From Piromyces finnis finn (lineage: Eukaryota; Fungi; Neocallimastigomycota): a DNA stretch of 64,000 bases. Location: assembly GCA_002104945.1 (NCBI GenBank), contig MCFH01000004.1, forward strand, positions 1,420,025-1,484,024, read 5' to 3'. The notes under the pieces were generated by a model. That model worked only from the letters and a program-made list of their open reading frames with translations, had not been told where the DNA came from and did no database searches. Made by a program: the position numbers and the translations under genes. Below are positions 1 to 13,824 of this stretch, one piece after another; positions within the stretch are counted from its first letter, which is position 1, and each line of letters begins with the position of its first letter.

Positions 1-1323
1 TATTCCTAATAATTATTTTTTTTCTTTTTGAAAAATTAGCACATTAAAACTTTAATTTTTTATTAACCTAAAAAGTTGTTTTTTTTTAAAAAAAAAAATA
101 AATAAATATAATTTTATTATAAAAAAAAAAAGTGAAGTTGCTTATCCATTTTTATTTCATTTTTATTTTTAAATTGTTATTTATTTGTATATATTACAAT
201 TTTGTTTTTTTATTTTTTGTTGTTATTGTTATTGTTTAAAAACTTTATAATCTTTTTTTTTTAAAAAAAAAATAATAATAATAATAATGAAACCTATGTT
301 TATTTATTACTAATAATAAATAAAATTTATATATATCAACTTTTATATAAAAAAAATTATATATAATGGCACTACTTTTTTTTTTTTTTTAACTCAACAA
401 AAAGAAAAAGTTTATCAACTTTAATTATTTCATTCTTTATTCTTTATACTTATTATTAAAATAAGAATTCTTTCTAAATAAAGAAAATTAAAGAAAGAAA
501 AATCATTAAATAAAATGAATAGGAATAAAAAAAAAATAAAGAAAAAATTTTAAATAAGCTTTTCATCTATTTAATTATAAAGATTTCTTATTAAAAAAAA
601 AACCTTTTTTTTTTTCTCATTCTTTATTAAACCTTAATTTTTACTATTATTATATTGCTTAAAAAAAAAATAAACTACTTCTAGGATTTTAAGATTATCA
701 AAACAAAGAATTACTTTAAAATTTTGTTTTAAAAAACAAAATTAAAAAAAAAAAAAAAACAATTATATATTTATATCTTTTGTTGATAATAATTAAAATT
801 ATTGATCATATAGAGTTTAATAGTTGAAAAATTGAAATGTAAAAGAGTTAACTCTTTCGGACTACTTTAGACTAATTTATTTATTATGTAGGAAAACTTT
901 TTTTATCCCTTTTTATTGAAAGAAATGTAAATAGTATAATGATGAAAATTACCAATAAAGAAGAAAATAGCAAAGTTTAAAAAAAAAAAAAAAGAGGTTT
1001 TAATACTCATCATCTCTCCATTCAATTCTATTATTTTTGTGATTGTACTTGGTCATCTTTTATTGATATTCACTCGATTATCTTTAGGAGGAAATCCCAT
1101 ATATATATATAAATGTTTTTTAAAAAATTATTAATTTATTATCCATATTATTTATTAACAACATCTATAGTGTCCCTCTTTGACTTTATACCATTTTATA
1201 TTGATTTCTGTTTCTATTCCTTTCCTCTAGCTAGCTAGCTAGCCAACTAAAAAAAAAAACCCTATTTATAATTTCTATTTATAATTTCATAGAAGGCTCT
1301 CTAAATTTTCAACAACTCTATAC

Positions 1324-1360
<37 letters not shown>

Positions 1361-2407
1361 TGTATAATTCAAGATAGCCTTTTTCTAATAATTTACCAAT
1401 GAAATACACTAACATTAGGATAGATTATATTTACTTTTTTAAAGAATTAAAAATTTTTTAAAATAAATAATAAAAAAAATTGCTTAACTAAATCACTATT
1501 TTAATCATTATGAAATAAAATATAATTATGTAGAATATATATTTAAATAATGGATAAGTAAACTTTTAATATTCTATATATGGATATATTCTTTGAATGA
1601 AATTGTGCTTTGGAAATCAATGATAAATTAATTTCTATACTTTTTTTGAGGTTTCTCTCCTCAACCATTTTTTTTTTTTTTAGTTTTTGTGAATGAACCG
1701 AGGTACGCAAAACACATACTGATAAAAAAGAAAATTCAAGATTAAATAAGACAAAAAATATTTAAAAAAAAAAAAACATATTTTACAATATAGAATGAAT
1801 ATATAAATTTTCACATTCTTTTAACAACTATTATAATAAATAAATAAATAGAAAATAGGTATAGAAATATAATTCTTTTTTTTTAAAAAAAAATTAAAAA
1901 ATTAAAAAATTAAAAAATGATCCCCACAAGAAAAGAAAAAAAAAAAATCAAATGAATTATTCCTGTTTTTTTTTTTTTTTTTTTTTTTTTTTGCAATAGA
2001 CCCTTCTTCTTCTTTCCCTCAATATCAACCTTTATGATTTTAAAAGAGAAAAAAAAAATCATATATTGATGTTTAAAGATACCTTTAAAAGTCATTTTCT
2101 CTTTTTTTTACCCCTACATCAATAAATACTATTATTTTTATTCTTATTCCTACTATTTTACTATTCTTATGGTTATTATTGTAATTTCTAATACCACTAA
2201 TACAAACACCATAAAACTTTGGATTAGCAGTATCGAATATTTTGATTATATGCAGAATTTACAAAAAAAAAAAAAAGTATATCAAAAAAAAAAAATAAAA
2301 GGTGCATAATAATAAACTATAATAAAAATATTATTCTTTCTTTCCATTTTTAACACTTTACATTGACTTTTAAAAAAAGTTTTACTTAAATAAATAAAAA
2401 ATTTTTA

Positions 2408-2439
<32 letters not shown>

Positions 2440-2903
2440 TATAAATGATTTGATTAATTAATAAAATCTAAAAAAAAAAAAATGTTTTGAATTTTATTTT
2501 TTGTTTCTGTTTTTTTTTTTTTTGGAATTTTTGTTTTTTGTTTTTTTGCTTTTTTTTTGTTTTTTTGGGATTTTCCTTTTATTTTTGCTTTAAAATATAT
2601 TAAATGAGTGATATATTCTTTAATGTTTTTGGATAATTTTTTTTCAAATATTTTGATTTATAAACAAAAGATATATATTAATACAGATTGAGTGTGTGTG
2701 AATATGTAAGGTATAAACAAAATATTTGAATAAAAAAATATATATTGAAATATATTTTTCTAAATGTATATAATAATGAAATTAATGATTTTTTTTTAAT
2801 AAAAAAAATATGATATATAAATTGAGTTATCATTCATCTTTATTGGTAAACAAACAAATTTCTTGATATATATGTTAATGAATAAAAAATATTTCCATTT
2901 TTT

Positions 2904-4275
2904 CTAATTTCCCCTAATCTTAATGTTATATCCGTTACCGTTTCTTCTGTAGAAGAAACCTCTTGGTGGATCAATTAAATATACTGGAACTTCTTCAAGA
3001 CCAGCTTCACGGTAAACCCATAATCTTTTATTGGCGGTAGTGTAATAATTACCGGTGGATTTATCAATACAAACCTTAATTGGTGGGAAATCTTCAATTT
3101 TAATTTCACCATTTCTTAATAATCTCATAGTTCTACGAATAGATCTACCATCTCTAAAGCAGTTATCAATACTTTCTTGTGAATATAAAATATCTTTTGG
3201 ATCAAGATAAAGAATTCTATCTTCAGTAAGTTCAATTGGTTCACCATTTAAATAAACAGTAGAAGCAGTATCAGAAACCAATGATTCATTATCATCTTCA
3301 ATATCTAATGATTCAGTAAATGAATCTTCATGATGCCAATTGGAAGTACCATCTTCCCATAAAACAAAGTATGACCAGTCATTTGCTGGTGATAACCATA
3401 ATTTCTTTGCACCATCATCACGTCTTTCTAATTCATGATCTAAAGTGGATGGTAAACCATACCAACCATATCTACCATCAGTAAATTTAGCATACCATGA
3501 TCCGTCACCAGAAAGAGCAACTTCTTCAAGATATATATCTTTTTCACTATAATATTTATAGAAACAAAAATAGACGATTCTGTTAGTTTTATCTTTACTC
3601 TTTAAAATTTTTACATTTTCATTTATAAAAAATAACCCCGACACTATATTTTCTAATATTGATATTTATTTTTTTTTATAAAATACAATTCTCTTAATCT
3701 ATTCTATTTAATATAAATTTTAAAAATGAAAAGGTACATACGCTTGACGTTCAATAATTTTTTTATGTAAAAGATATGGAATACCATTCCATGCAGTTTC
3801 TTTGTTACTAAACATAATAAGGTAAGACTTATCTTGACCAAAAATAACCTTTAAAACACCACGGTGAGCCTTGTCTTGTAATAAAAGATCCATTTCATCA
3901 CTGCAAACACTCCAACCAGTAGAGCCATCAGCAAAACGAACGAACCAATCGTCATTTGGTGATAAACTTAAAAATACAACTTCAGGTAAAGATCTTTTTT
4001 TTAAAATATATATATATATACAAAATATATAAAATTAATAAAAACTGATAAACAATTTAAATAATTTATTGTTATTATTATTATTTTAATATATTGTATT
4101 TATATATCCTTTGTTTATCGATTTTAATCTTTAGAAATATTTACTTTTGTCTACCGTTTAATTTGTTATGTAAAGAATGTGGTAAATTGTTCCATGATTG
4201 CCTACCATCACCCCACTTAATATACCAAGCGTTATCACTACCAAAAGCAATAAATTCAACTTCACTTACAGTCAT
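2904..4275 (-). CDS. 341-aa protein: five ~40-aa Trp-rich repeats followed by a C-terminal ParB/sulfiredoxin-like domain; exons 4275-4145, 3993-3742, 3546-2904
   Basis: GT-AG joins keep frame (131+252+643=1026 nt). N-terminus MTVSEVEFIAFGSDNAWYIKWGDGRQSWNNLPHSLHNKL recurs (e.g. LEEVALSGDGSWYAKFTDGRYGWYGLPSTLDHEL). C-terminus PKDILYSQESI..FRDGRSI..DFPPIKV..YYTTANKRLWVYREAG resembles ParB-like domains; domain assignment is by eye. Confidence 0.75.
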
Positions 4276-7200
4276 TTTTATAAATCAATAATAATAATAA
4301 TAATTTGTTGTAATAAAAACTTTGATTGATTAAAAGTGCGTAGATGTTAACAAAAGAAATATATTGTTTTTTAAAAAAATATTTACTATTGAAAATCTTT
4401 AAAAATTAAAATATTTACGTTGTTAATATTAAAAATATTTTAAACACAATTTAAGGTGAGTTGGTTTAAAATAGTTTTTTTATCGAAACTTGGTTAAAAA
4501 ATAAAACTATAAACTCTATAAAGTATTTTATAATTCTAAGGGTATTGTTACAACTACTAAAAATATAAGAAACTTAAAAAAAAATTTCTATTATTACTGA
4601 GTTTACGTTAATCTTTTGTATCTTTTTCTAAAATATAGCTATATAAATTCGAATTATATTTTATATAAAAGATATTCTATTTTACTTTGAGCAATTTATA
4701 GTAACCTTTAAAAAAATTAATAAATCGATAACTATTTAATATTTTTCTTATTACTAATCAACTTGCTACTCTACTTGTTTTAAAAAAAAAATTTTTTTAT
4801 GTTATATAATATATAAATATTTTTTAAATGTTTATAAAACTACCTAATTGATATAAAACGTTTAAAAATATTTTATATAAATATAAAATTTAATTTTTTT
4901 TTTTTTTTTATATTATATATTTTGATGTGAAATTATTTTTTTGTTATTTGAAAATAAATTTTATAAAGGTTATTATCAATAATATATTTAAAAAAAAAAA
5001 GAGTTTTTAAATGTATTATTTCAATAATCTATAAACTATAAAATCTATCGATTGTTGGTTTCAAAAAAAAAAAAATAAAATTAAAAACAAGGAAATAAAC
5101 TTTGTATTATAGTTCACTTTTTTTAATTTATATTTCCCTTTTCTTTACACACTTTTTTTGTTTTCTTTTCTTCTTTTTATTTTCTACACTTTTGCTGTGT
5201 ATCTTTTTTTTATTATTATTATTTGCACTTGTCACAATATTAAAATACAAATTTTAATATTTATTTACAGGTGAGCTTCAACAATTTTCTAAAGTTAAAA
5301 GAAAAAAAAAACCTAAAAAAAAAAACGACAACTTTGACTATAAATAAAAAATTAAATTTTTAATTTATTATTTAATCCTTATGAAATTTATGAAATAGAA
5401 ATTTAATATAAAAAATAAAATGTTTTTAAAAAAAAAAAAAGACTTTATTATTCATTAGAATTTTGAATTTTATTATTATAATAAATTTTATTTATAAAAA
5501 TGATTAAAAATTATTATTATATTAAATTATATTAATTAAACTTCTGAACCATTACACAAATATAATAGTTTATATTAATATTATATACTATATAATAAAT
5601 ATATGCATCATATATATTTTAATATATTTTCAATATATTGGTATTTTGTGGTATTTCAAATAGCATTTTAATTTTTTCATGTATATATATTCTATAGATT
5701 TATTTTATAATATATTAAAATATTAACAAATATAAGTAAATTTATTTCAATGCATATAATTTTAATTGAATAAAATATATGATGAATATAATAATAAGCA
5801 CCTCTTTTTTCACATAAAATTTTGAATTTTATTTAATAATAAAATATGAATATATAAAAATTAATATTTTCAATATATTTTATATACAATTACTTATATA
5901 TTATAATATATTATGTTTTTAATTTATAGAAAAGAAATAGATCCATAATTAATTTTAACGAGTTGGTATTACAAACATTTCCTTTTTAATATGAATTCTA
6001 TTAAAAATAAATTAAGTTAATTGAATGATATATATTATTATTAATTGACCATATATAATTTTTAATTAAATTTAATATCTATTTTTTACTATTAATTTTT
6101 ATAGGGTTTGTTAGGTTATATATTAGAATGGAATTGTATTAAAGCAGCCAATAAGATTTGATTTTTAATAAATTCATCTCTATTTATTAAAAACTAATAA
6201 ATGACAGTAGTTCTTTGTTTTTTTTTACTTTTTTATTTTCTCTGAATTAGTATTTACCCTAGATTTTTGGCAATGGTACTATTTTAGCAGTAGCAGGGTT
6301 TTTAAAAGGTAAATAAGAAAAATCCTTTTCCTAAACCTACCAGAAGTTACAAAAGATATTTAATAAAGAATGAAAATAAAAGGTTTTTTTAATTAATATT
6401 AAAATAAAAGCATTTTTATTTAAAGTAATGAAAAGAAAAAAAATTAAAGTTTTTATACAAACCAACCCATTCCACCAACTCGTCATTAATATAATATCAC
6501 AATTGTAAATAGCAATTGGATAAAAAATTAATCATCTTTTTACCTAAAAGATATCATTGAAGAATAATGAATTGTATTTCTTTTTTTTTTTTACTATTAT
6601 TCTATACTATTATTTGTTTTTTTGTTTTTTTATCCTCTCTTAACCTGAAATAAACCGTGTAAATAATGCATCCCTTCCCAAAAAATAATAGTTTTGTCTT
6701 GCTACTTTTTTTTCAATTAAAGAGATGCCGTATTCTTTGTTCTGGTTGCTGCAGTGTTGCTGCTGCTGTACCACTAAAAATGTTCAAAAATGTTTTTTTT
6801 TTTTTTTTTTTGATTTAATAATATATTTAATATATTTTTGTTCAATTGATTCCAATATATTCTAAAAATCTTGGTGACTAGATATTCCATTATATATATT
6901 ATATATAGAATATTATAGAATATTATTTAATTGCAATATATTATAATATATTTAAATTGAATTGCATCCAAAATTTTCCTTTTTCAATACAATTTGTTAA
7001 AATTATCCAGAAGATTTAATTATATAATAAAAAATTCCTATTTTAATTTAATTAATCATTATGTCATGACCTTGTGAAACTCTATGATGTAAAATAAATA
7101 AAAAAATAAAGCAGGCAATTGTTTAATTGATTCTGGTTAGATTTTACCATAAAAAAGGATTAAATGATGATTCATTGGAAAGCATCAATAACAATTTATT

Positions 7201-8120
7201 CCATAGATATATACAAGAATTAGTTGAAATAGAGTTTTACATAGTTTTATTGTATTTTTTTAAAAAAAAGTAAATTTTAATTAATGAGATCCTATAATGA
7301 TAAAAAAAACTTAAAAGGTAAAAAATATACACATAATAAAAGTTGTTACATCTACTTAAAAACAAAAAAGCAAAAAGTAATCTGAATTGACCAAATAAAA
7401 GTGAAAAATATTTATAATAAGCAAATAAAATGCCTTTTTTTTTAAAAAAAAAGGATAATCTCTCATTTAAGAATAATAGTTTTGAATAGAAGGATTTAGA
7501 TGAAGTAAGTTTTAATCTTTTTTTTTTTTCTTTTAGATGAATTAAACGAAATAAAAAAAGAAGCAATTTTAAAATAAATTTTAAATATTTTCATCTTTGT
7601 TTCTATCATTTTTATTTAACATTAAAATAAAGAGGTATGTCTTATGGAATGGCTAGAGCTTTATAGTTTTTTAAACTATATCTATTGATATACCTTTTTC
7701 AGGTTAGAGTTAATTTAAAGGTTAGATTAACAATATGGTTCATTTTTTGGCCTAGAATGAATTGTTTTCAAAGCCATATTTTATGTTTAAAAAATTAAAA
7801 TTAATATTATTAAATTTGTGATATATCATGAATTAGCTACATATATAAATAATATATTGTAAATATATGAAAATTAATTCAAAAATGTTTCAGAGCATTA
7901 ATTAAAATTTTTTTATGAAAAGTTTAATTATTACTAAATATCACCATAAAAAAAAAAAGTGCTGGCATAAACGAGTTTATTATGGAATAAATGCAGCAGC
8001 TTGGACAAAAGGGTCATATGCATGGATGAATATATGTTCGTATGCATAATAAAAAATAAGAATAATAATAGTAATAGTACATAATATTTCATAGGGAGTG
8101 TAAATAATACTATGTATATA

Positions 8121-8210
8121 TACTACTACTACTACTACTAATACTAATACTAATACTACGTATTAATACTAATACTAATAATACTACTACTACTACTACT
8201 ACTAATAATA
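8121..8210. repeat. Short (TAC)n/(TACTAA)n microsatellite
   Basis: Read directly; contains the tactacgtattaatac variant also present in the 9.3-10.1 kb array. Confidence 0.9.
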
Positions 8211-9283
8211 AAATATATAAATAACATATCTAACTGTGGCAATATAAATAAATCAATAAGAAATAAAAAACTACAGCAACAACAATGAAATCAGCATCAT
8301 CATCATTAAACAATTATTAAATGATTCATTATCGTACATTTACAATAAAGTATATATTTTATTATAAAATGATATTGAAAATGAATGTCTTTTCATTCCT
8401 TTAATAATATTTTTATAGATTATCCATTCTATTTGTTATTACACTTTTGTTCATGTTTTAAAAATAAATAGATGTATATATACAAGTAAATGAATAAATA
8501 ATAAATAAATGAATAAATAAATAAATAAATATATAAGTAAATAAATATTAGAAATAAATATATATAATTAAATAAATGAATAAATGATATATATCTTAAT
8601 AAATATATATATACAAGTAAATGAATGAATGAATAAATATACCTTATTACTAGTTTCTTTTGTTTTCCTTGTATAGATAAATTAAAAATGGTAGGAGGAT
8701 GATGATGCTGATGATTAATTAATTATTATTAATAATTATATTATTTAAAATTTCATTATTTGACTTTTCTTGGAAAACATCATTTGTAATATAAAATAGA
8801 GTATATTGCAATATATTATATAATTCTATTTCATTTAAAAAAATTAGTTGTAAAATTAAAAAATAAAAGCCAAATTGATTTTATATATATTTGAATTAAA
8901 TTATAATATATGATTACATCTATAATAATAATAATAATATTTATATTTGCATTTTCTTTTTTTGGCAAGATTTAATTAGTTTTTTATTATTTTTTTAAAT
9001 TTTATGACTATGTATTACCTTCCATATATGGTAATAAGGTATTGAAATAGATTGGTGTATGAAATCAAGAAATGCTGTAGAATTAAACCACCATGATTTA
9101 AGAGGTAAAAATAACAAAAATAGTAATATTTTGATGAAATGTAATTTAAAAGCAAGTATACTGTAATATAAGATTCCTATATATTAACTTTATATTATTA
9201 ATGAATCTTGTTAAAAGAAAAGTGACAAATATGAAGAAGCAAAAAGGGAAAAAGGAAAATAAATAAATAAATAAATAAATAAT

Positions 9284-10103
9284 AATACTAATACTAATAC
9301 TACTACTAATACTAATACTAATACTAATACTAATACTAATACTACTACTAATACTAATACTAATACTAATACTAATACTAATACTAATACTAATACTAAT
9401 ACTACTACTAATACTAATACTAATACTACTACTAATACTAATACTAATACTACTACTAATACTAATACTAATACTAATACTACTATTAATACTAATACTA
9501 ATACTAATACTAATACTAATACTACTACTAATACTAATACTAATACTAATACTACTATTAATACTAATACTAATACTACTAATACTAATACTAATACTAA
9601 TACTAATACTAATACTAATACTAATACTAATACTAATACTAATACTACTACTAATACTAATACTAATACTAATACTAATACTAATACTAATACTAATACT
9701 AATACTAATACTAATACTAATACTAATACTAATACTAATACTACTACTAATACTAATACTAATACTAATACTAATACTACGTATTAATACTAATACTAAT
9801 ACTAATACTAATACTAATACTACTACTAATACTAATACTAATACTAATACTACGTATTAATACTAATACTAATACTAATACTAATACTAATACTAATACT
9901 AATACTAATACTAATACTAATACTAATACTAATACTAATACTAATACTAATACTAATACTAATACTAATACTAATACTAATACTACTACTAATACTAATA
10001 CTAATACTAATACTAATACTACTACTAATACTAATACTACTACTAATACTAATACTAATACTAATAAAAATAATACTAATAATAATACTAATACTAATAC
10101 TAA
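9284..10103. repeat. ~820-bp (AATACT)n microsatellite with ACT, ATT and cgtatt interruptions
   Basis: Read directly; explains the spurious LVLVLV ORF 9777-10124. Confidence 0.97.
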
Positions 10104-10529
10104 TAATAATAATAATAAATACAAAAAGTATTATAAAAGATATTTATAATTTTTATAATCTGAAAATAAATAGATATATTTATTAATAATTTAACTGTTT
10201 TATTTTCCTCAATACCATTTATCGGTAATAGTAAATATAATCTTACCATATAAGTTAAATAAAAAAAGTTACAAATATGTAACTTTAACAATATACACCA
10301 AACTTATAAACTTTATAATAGATTTATTAATTAAATAGGATAATTATGATGATTATAAAAAATTTACAATTTATATAATAAAATTTATATTCAAAATTTC
10401 AATATTTTTTTTTTTTTTTTTAAAATAATCAAAAACTTTACAATGAAAAAGGATATATATACTTTAAATATTATCATCAGTCTTATTATTACTTTTGACA
10501 TCTTACGATTGGAAAAAAAGAGATAATAA

Positions 10530-12949
10530 TTAAAGAATATACTTTTGTAAAAGACCATTTCTACCACCGGCAATTATAATACCTGTAGAGGTTACACAGG
10601 TATCATACCATGGCTCAAGGTCACTACCAACAAACTCCTTTTTAATATTTACACTGGAATTTGCAATTTCACAAATATAAAGTTGACCATCACTTTGAGA
10701 AACTAATAGTTCATCCTTATTAATAACATGTAAAGAAGTAATGGTGGTATTATTACGTTTGAAAAGTTTAATAGGTTGGCTAGTTAAAAATTTTGAAAAA
10801 AAAAAACAGTATGGAAATATATATTGTTATTATAAAGTAAAAAAAATATTGTAAATAAATGAATGTAATAATATATATAAATGTTAAATACATTTTTTTT
10901 AAAAAAAAAAATCAACTTACGATAAATTATTTAAATCCCAGAGAGCAACAATACCTTCTTCATTACCAGTGTATACTCTATTCTTTTCATTATCGTAAGC
11001 AATTGCGGAAAATGGTGCAGTATTAAGAGATTGATGACCAACAAAAATTGGATCCTGATCTGGTTGACCCAAATCATAACCATAGAAACTATTATCGGTA
11101 ATAGCAAATATAATCTTACCACGAGTTTCTACTTCACGAGAATCTAAAGGAACTTCTGGAATAGGATGAGATTCAGCATATTCTTTATTAATTTCACCAA
11201 GGGCAATTTTATGAATTGGCTTATCCAATTGACAAATTTTTCTAATGGTTGAAGATGATCCACATTCCCATAAACGAATAGAACCATCTTTTGATGAAGC
11301 TATTATTGATCATTCGATCATTTATAATTTATTTCAAAATAAATAGTAATTCATTAATTAATAATAAAAAAAAAACATTTAAAACCATTTTTTTGTATAT
11401 CAATTCTAGATATATAAATTATAACTTATAGTTATATATAACCATCAAATAGATATTAGTTAATATTAATGACTACTTACATAAAACGTTTCTTCCTCTT
11501 GAGATAATAGCAGTATCCGTAATAGCTATGTGGTAATTATTTTTATAATAATAATAATAATAAATAGTATTTATTAGTTTTATTGTTTTTATTATTTTTT
11601 AAAAGATTAACATTTTTATGGAGATGGCGTGTATCTATATATATATATATTATTATTATTATTATTATTATTTTACCTCTTGTATGACCCTTTAAAGTGA
11701 CTGGGCAACTACCATCAAGAACAGACCAAATTTTTATTTGTAAATCGGTAGCAGCAGTTAATAAGACTTGACCTGATGGGAAAAAGCGAACTTTTGTGAT
11801 ATCACCAAAATGTCCTTCAAAGATTCTCTAATAAATTAGAAATATTATTTTTATTTAATATTCATTTTTTATTTTACTCTTTACTTTCATATTATTATTA
11901 ATTGTCTCTATTATTAGACAAGAGAATAATTGCTACAAATTTTAGAATTATTTCACTTTATTATATATTAATATACTTTATTATTTTCATAAAAAAACTT
12001 ATTTATGATCTCTATGAATTCTCAATTCATTTTATTATTTTATATTTTATAATTTTTAGTGAAATGGAAATAAAATTTCATTTAATGGACTATACATTAT
12101 TATATTATTATTTCTTTTTTTTTTTTTTTATTTTATTTTAAAAAATAAATGATAGAGATAGCAAATAAACAATAAAACAATAATATAATAATACATACTC
12201 TTATATTTCCTGTATCAATTTCAACTAATTTAATAATTGAATCGTCTTCACCAGTAACCATTAATGATTCTAAAGGTGAAATATCAATTGAATTTATCTA
12301 GCAATTTTGAATGAAAAAAAAAAAATAAAAGGTTAATTAGCCTTGATTTCTTTATTTTATTATTGGGCAATGTTTAATAATGGTTTTAGTTTAATTACAT
12401 TTTTGTCTTGAATTTTGTAATTTTTGGCATATGAGTTCATTATAATCTTTTCATCGTTATCAATGATTTCAAATGAATTCTAAAGTTTCCAATAATAATC
12501 AAATAAATTTTATTTTATAGTAATAATAAAAAAAAATATTTAGTTAGTAATTTATTTTTATTTTTTTTTTTTTTCTGAATATTTTATTTCTTTGGAAATA
12601 GGCGGAAATGAAGAAGAAGAAGAAAATAGTAAAAATAAAAAAAAAAAAAAGTTTTTTTAATATTTACAGAATCAATCCAGTTAACATTAAATTCTGGTTT
12701 AGCATCTAAAGATGGAACTTCATTACCTTTATTAAAAATTACATTTACTTTACCGTGAATGGCATTTTCATTTTCTTTATATTTTGATATCCAAAAAGAA
12801 GGTGGCTTTGTATTTTCTAATGAAGTTATTTTTTGATCGGGGGTTGTTGTTTCAGCTGCTGCATTGGCTTTTTCTTGAGAAATCGCAAAGTCTAATGGAA
12901 AATCACTTTGACAGGTATATTGAGGTAAAATAGTTATTGTTTGAGTCAT
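10530..12949 (-). CDS. PAAF1: Proteasomal ATPase-associated factor 1 / Rpn14 (WD40), multi-exon
   Basis: Exons give FEGHFGDITKVRFFPSGQVLLTAATDLQIKIWSVLDGSCPVTLKGHTR, AITDTAIISRGRNVL and SSKDGSIRLWECGSS, typical of PAAF1/Rpn14. ATG 12949; stop after GRNGLLQKYIL at 10530. Confidence 0.88.
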
Positions 12950-13824
12950 TCTCTTTTTTTTTATTATTTTTATTTTATTTACTCTTTATTTATTGAATAT
13001 AGTATATGCTTATTTGTAAAAAGAAAAAAAAACAAATGAACAATAATAACAACTAGTTAATGACAAAATGGTATACTTAAATTTATAAATTTTATATTTT
13101 TTTTGTTTTTTTTTAAAAAATTTATAATTAAATTATTTATATAAAAAAATTAATAAAATGTAAATTCAAAATTTAATTTATATTAAAAAAAAATATATAT
13201 TTTTTTAATTTTAACTTAAAAAAAAAAAGCTTTCCTTTACCTATTTATTATTTCTTTTATTTAAAAATATTTTTTATAAAAAATAATATAAAAATAAAAA
13301 TAATAAATAATTGGTATAATGATTATGTTAAATATTTATGGTTTATAATATACCAATTCTTTATAATCAACTGTCATGTTCATACATTTCAAACAAAAGA
13401 AAATGGATAAACTAAACTAAAAAAAGATAAAATTATATAAAAAAACTTATTTGATATTTTATAGTTTCGATTATTTTTATTTTATTTTATTTTTTTAATT
13501 TTTATTTTTACTATATAAATTCTAGTTGAAAAGTTTTTTTTTTTTTTTTAAATATTAATATTAAAAAATAAACTATATATATAAAAAAAGACAAATTATT
13601 AAATTTATTGAAGGAGTGTAACTATTTTTTATAAAATAAATAAAAAAAAAATAAACTTTTTTATAATTATTCTATTTATGTTGTACTAATTTTTTTTTTT
13701 TTTTTGAATTTTTTATTATATTCTAAAATCTTGTATTTTATTTCATTTTCATAGATAAGAGAAATAGTGAATGGGGAGGATGTCATGCCTGGTTCATTCA
13801 TTTTTTGATTCAAAAAGGTAAAAA

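Noticed and set aside
9777-10124. 115-aa LVLVLV ORF
   Set aside because: Translation of the (AATACT)n microsatellite; the + strand (NT)n frame has no ATG and is broken by the cgtatt variant.
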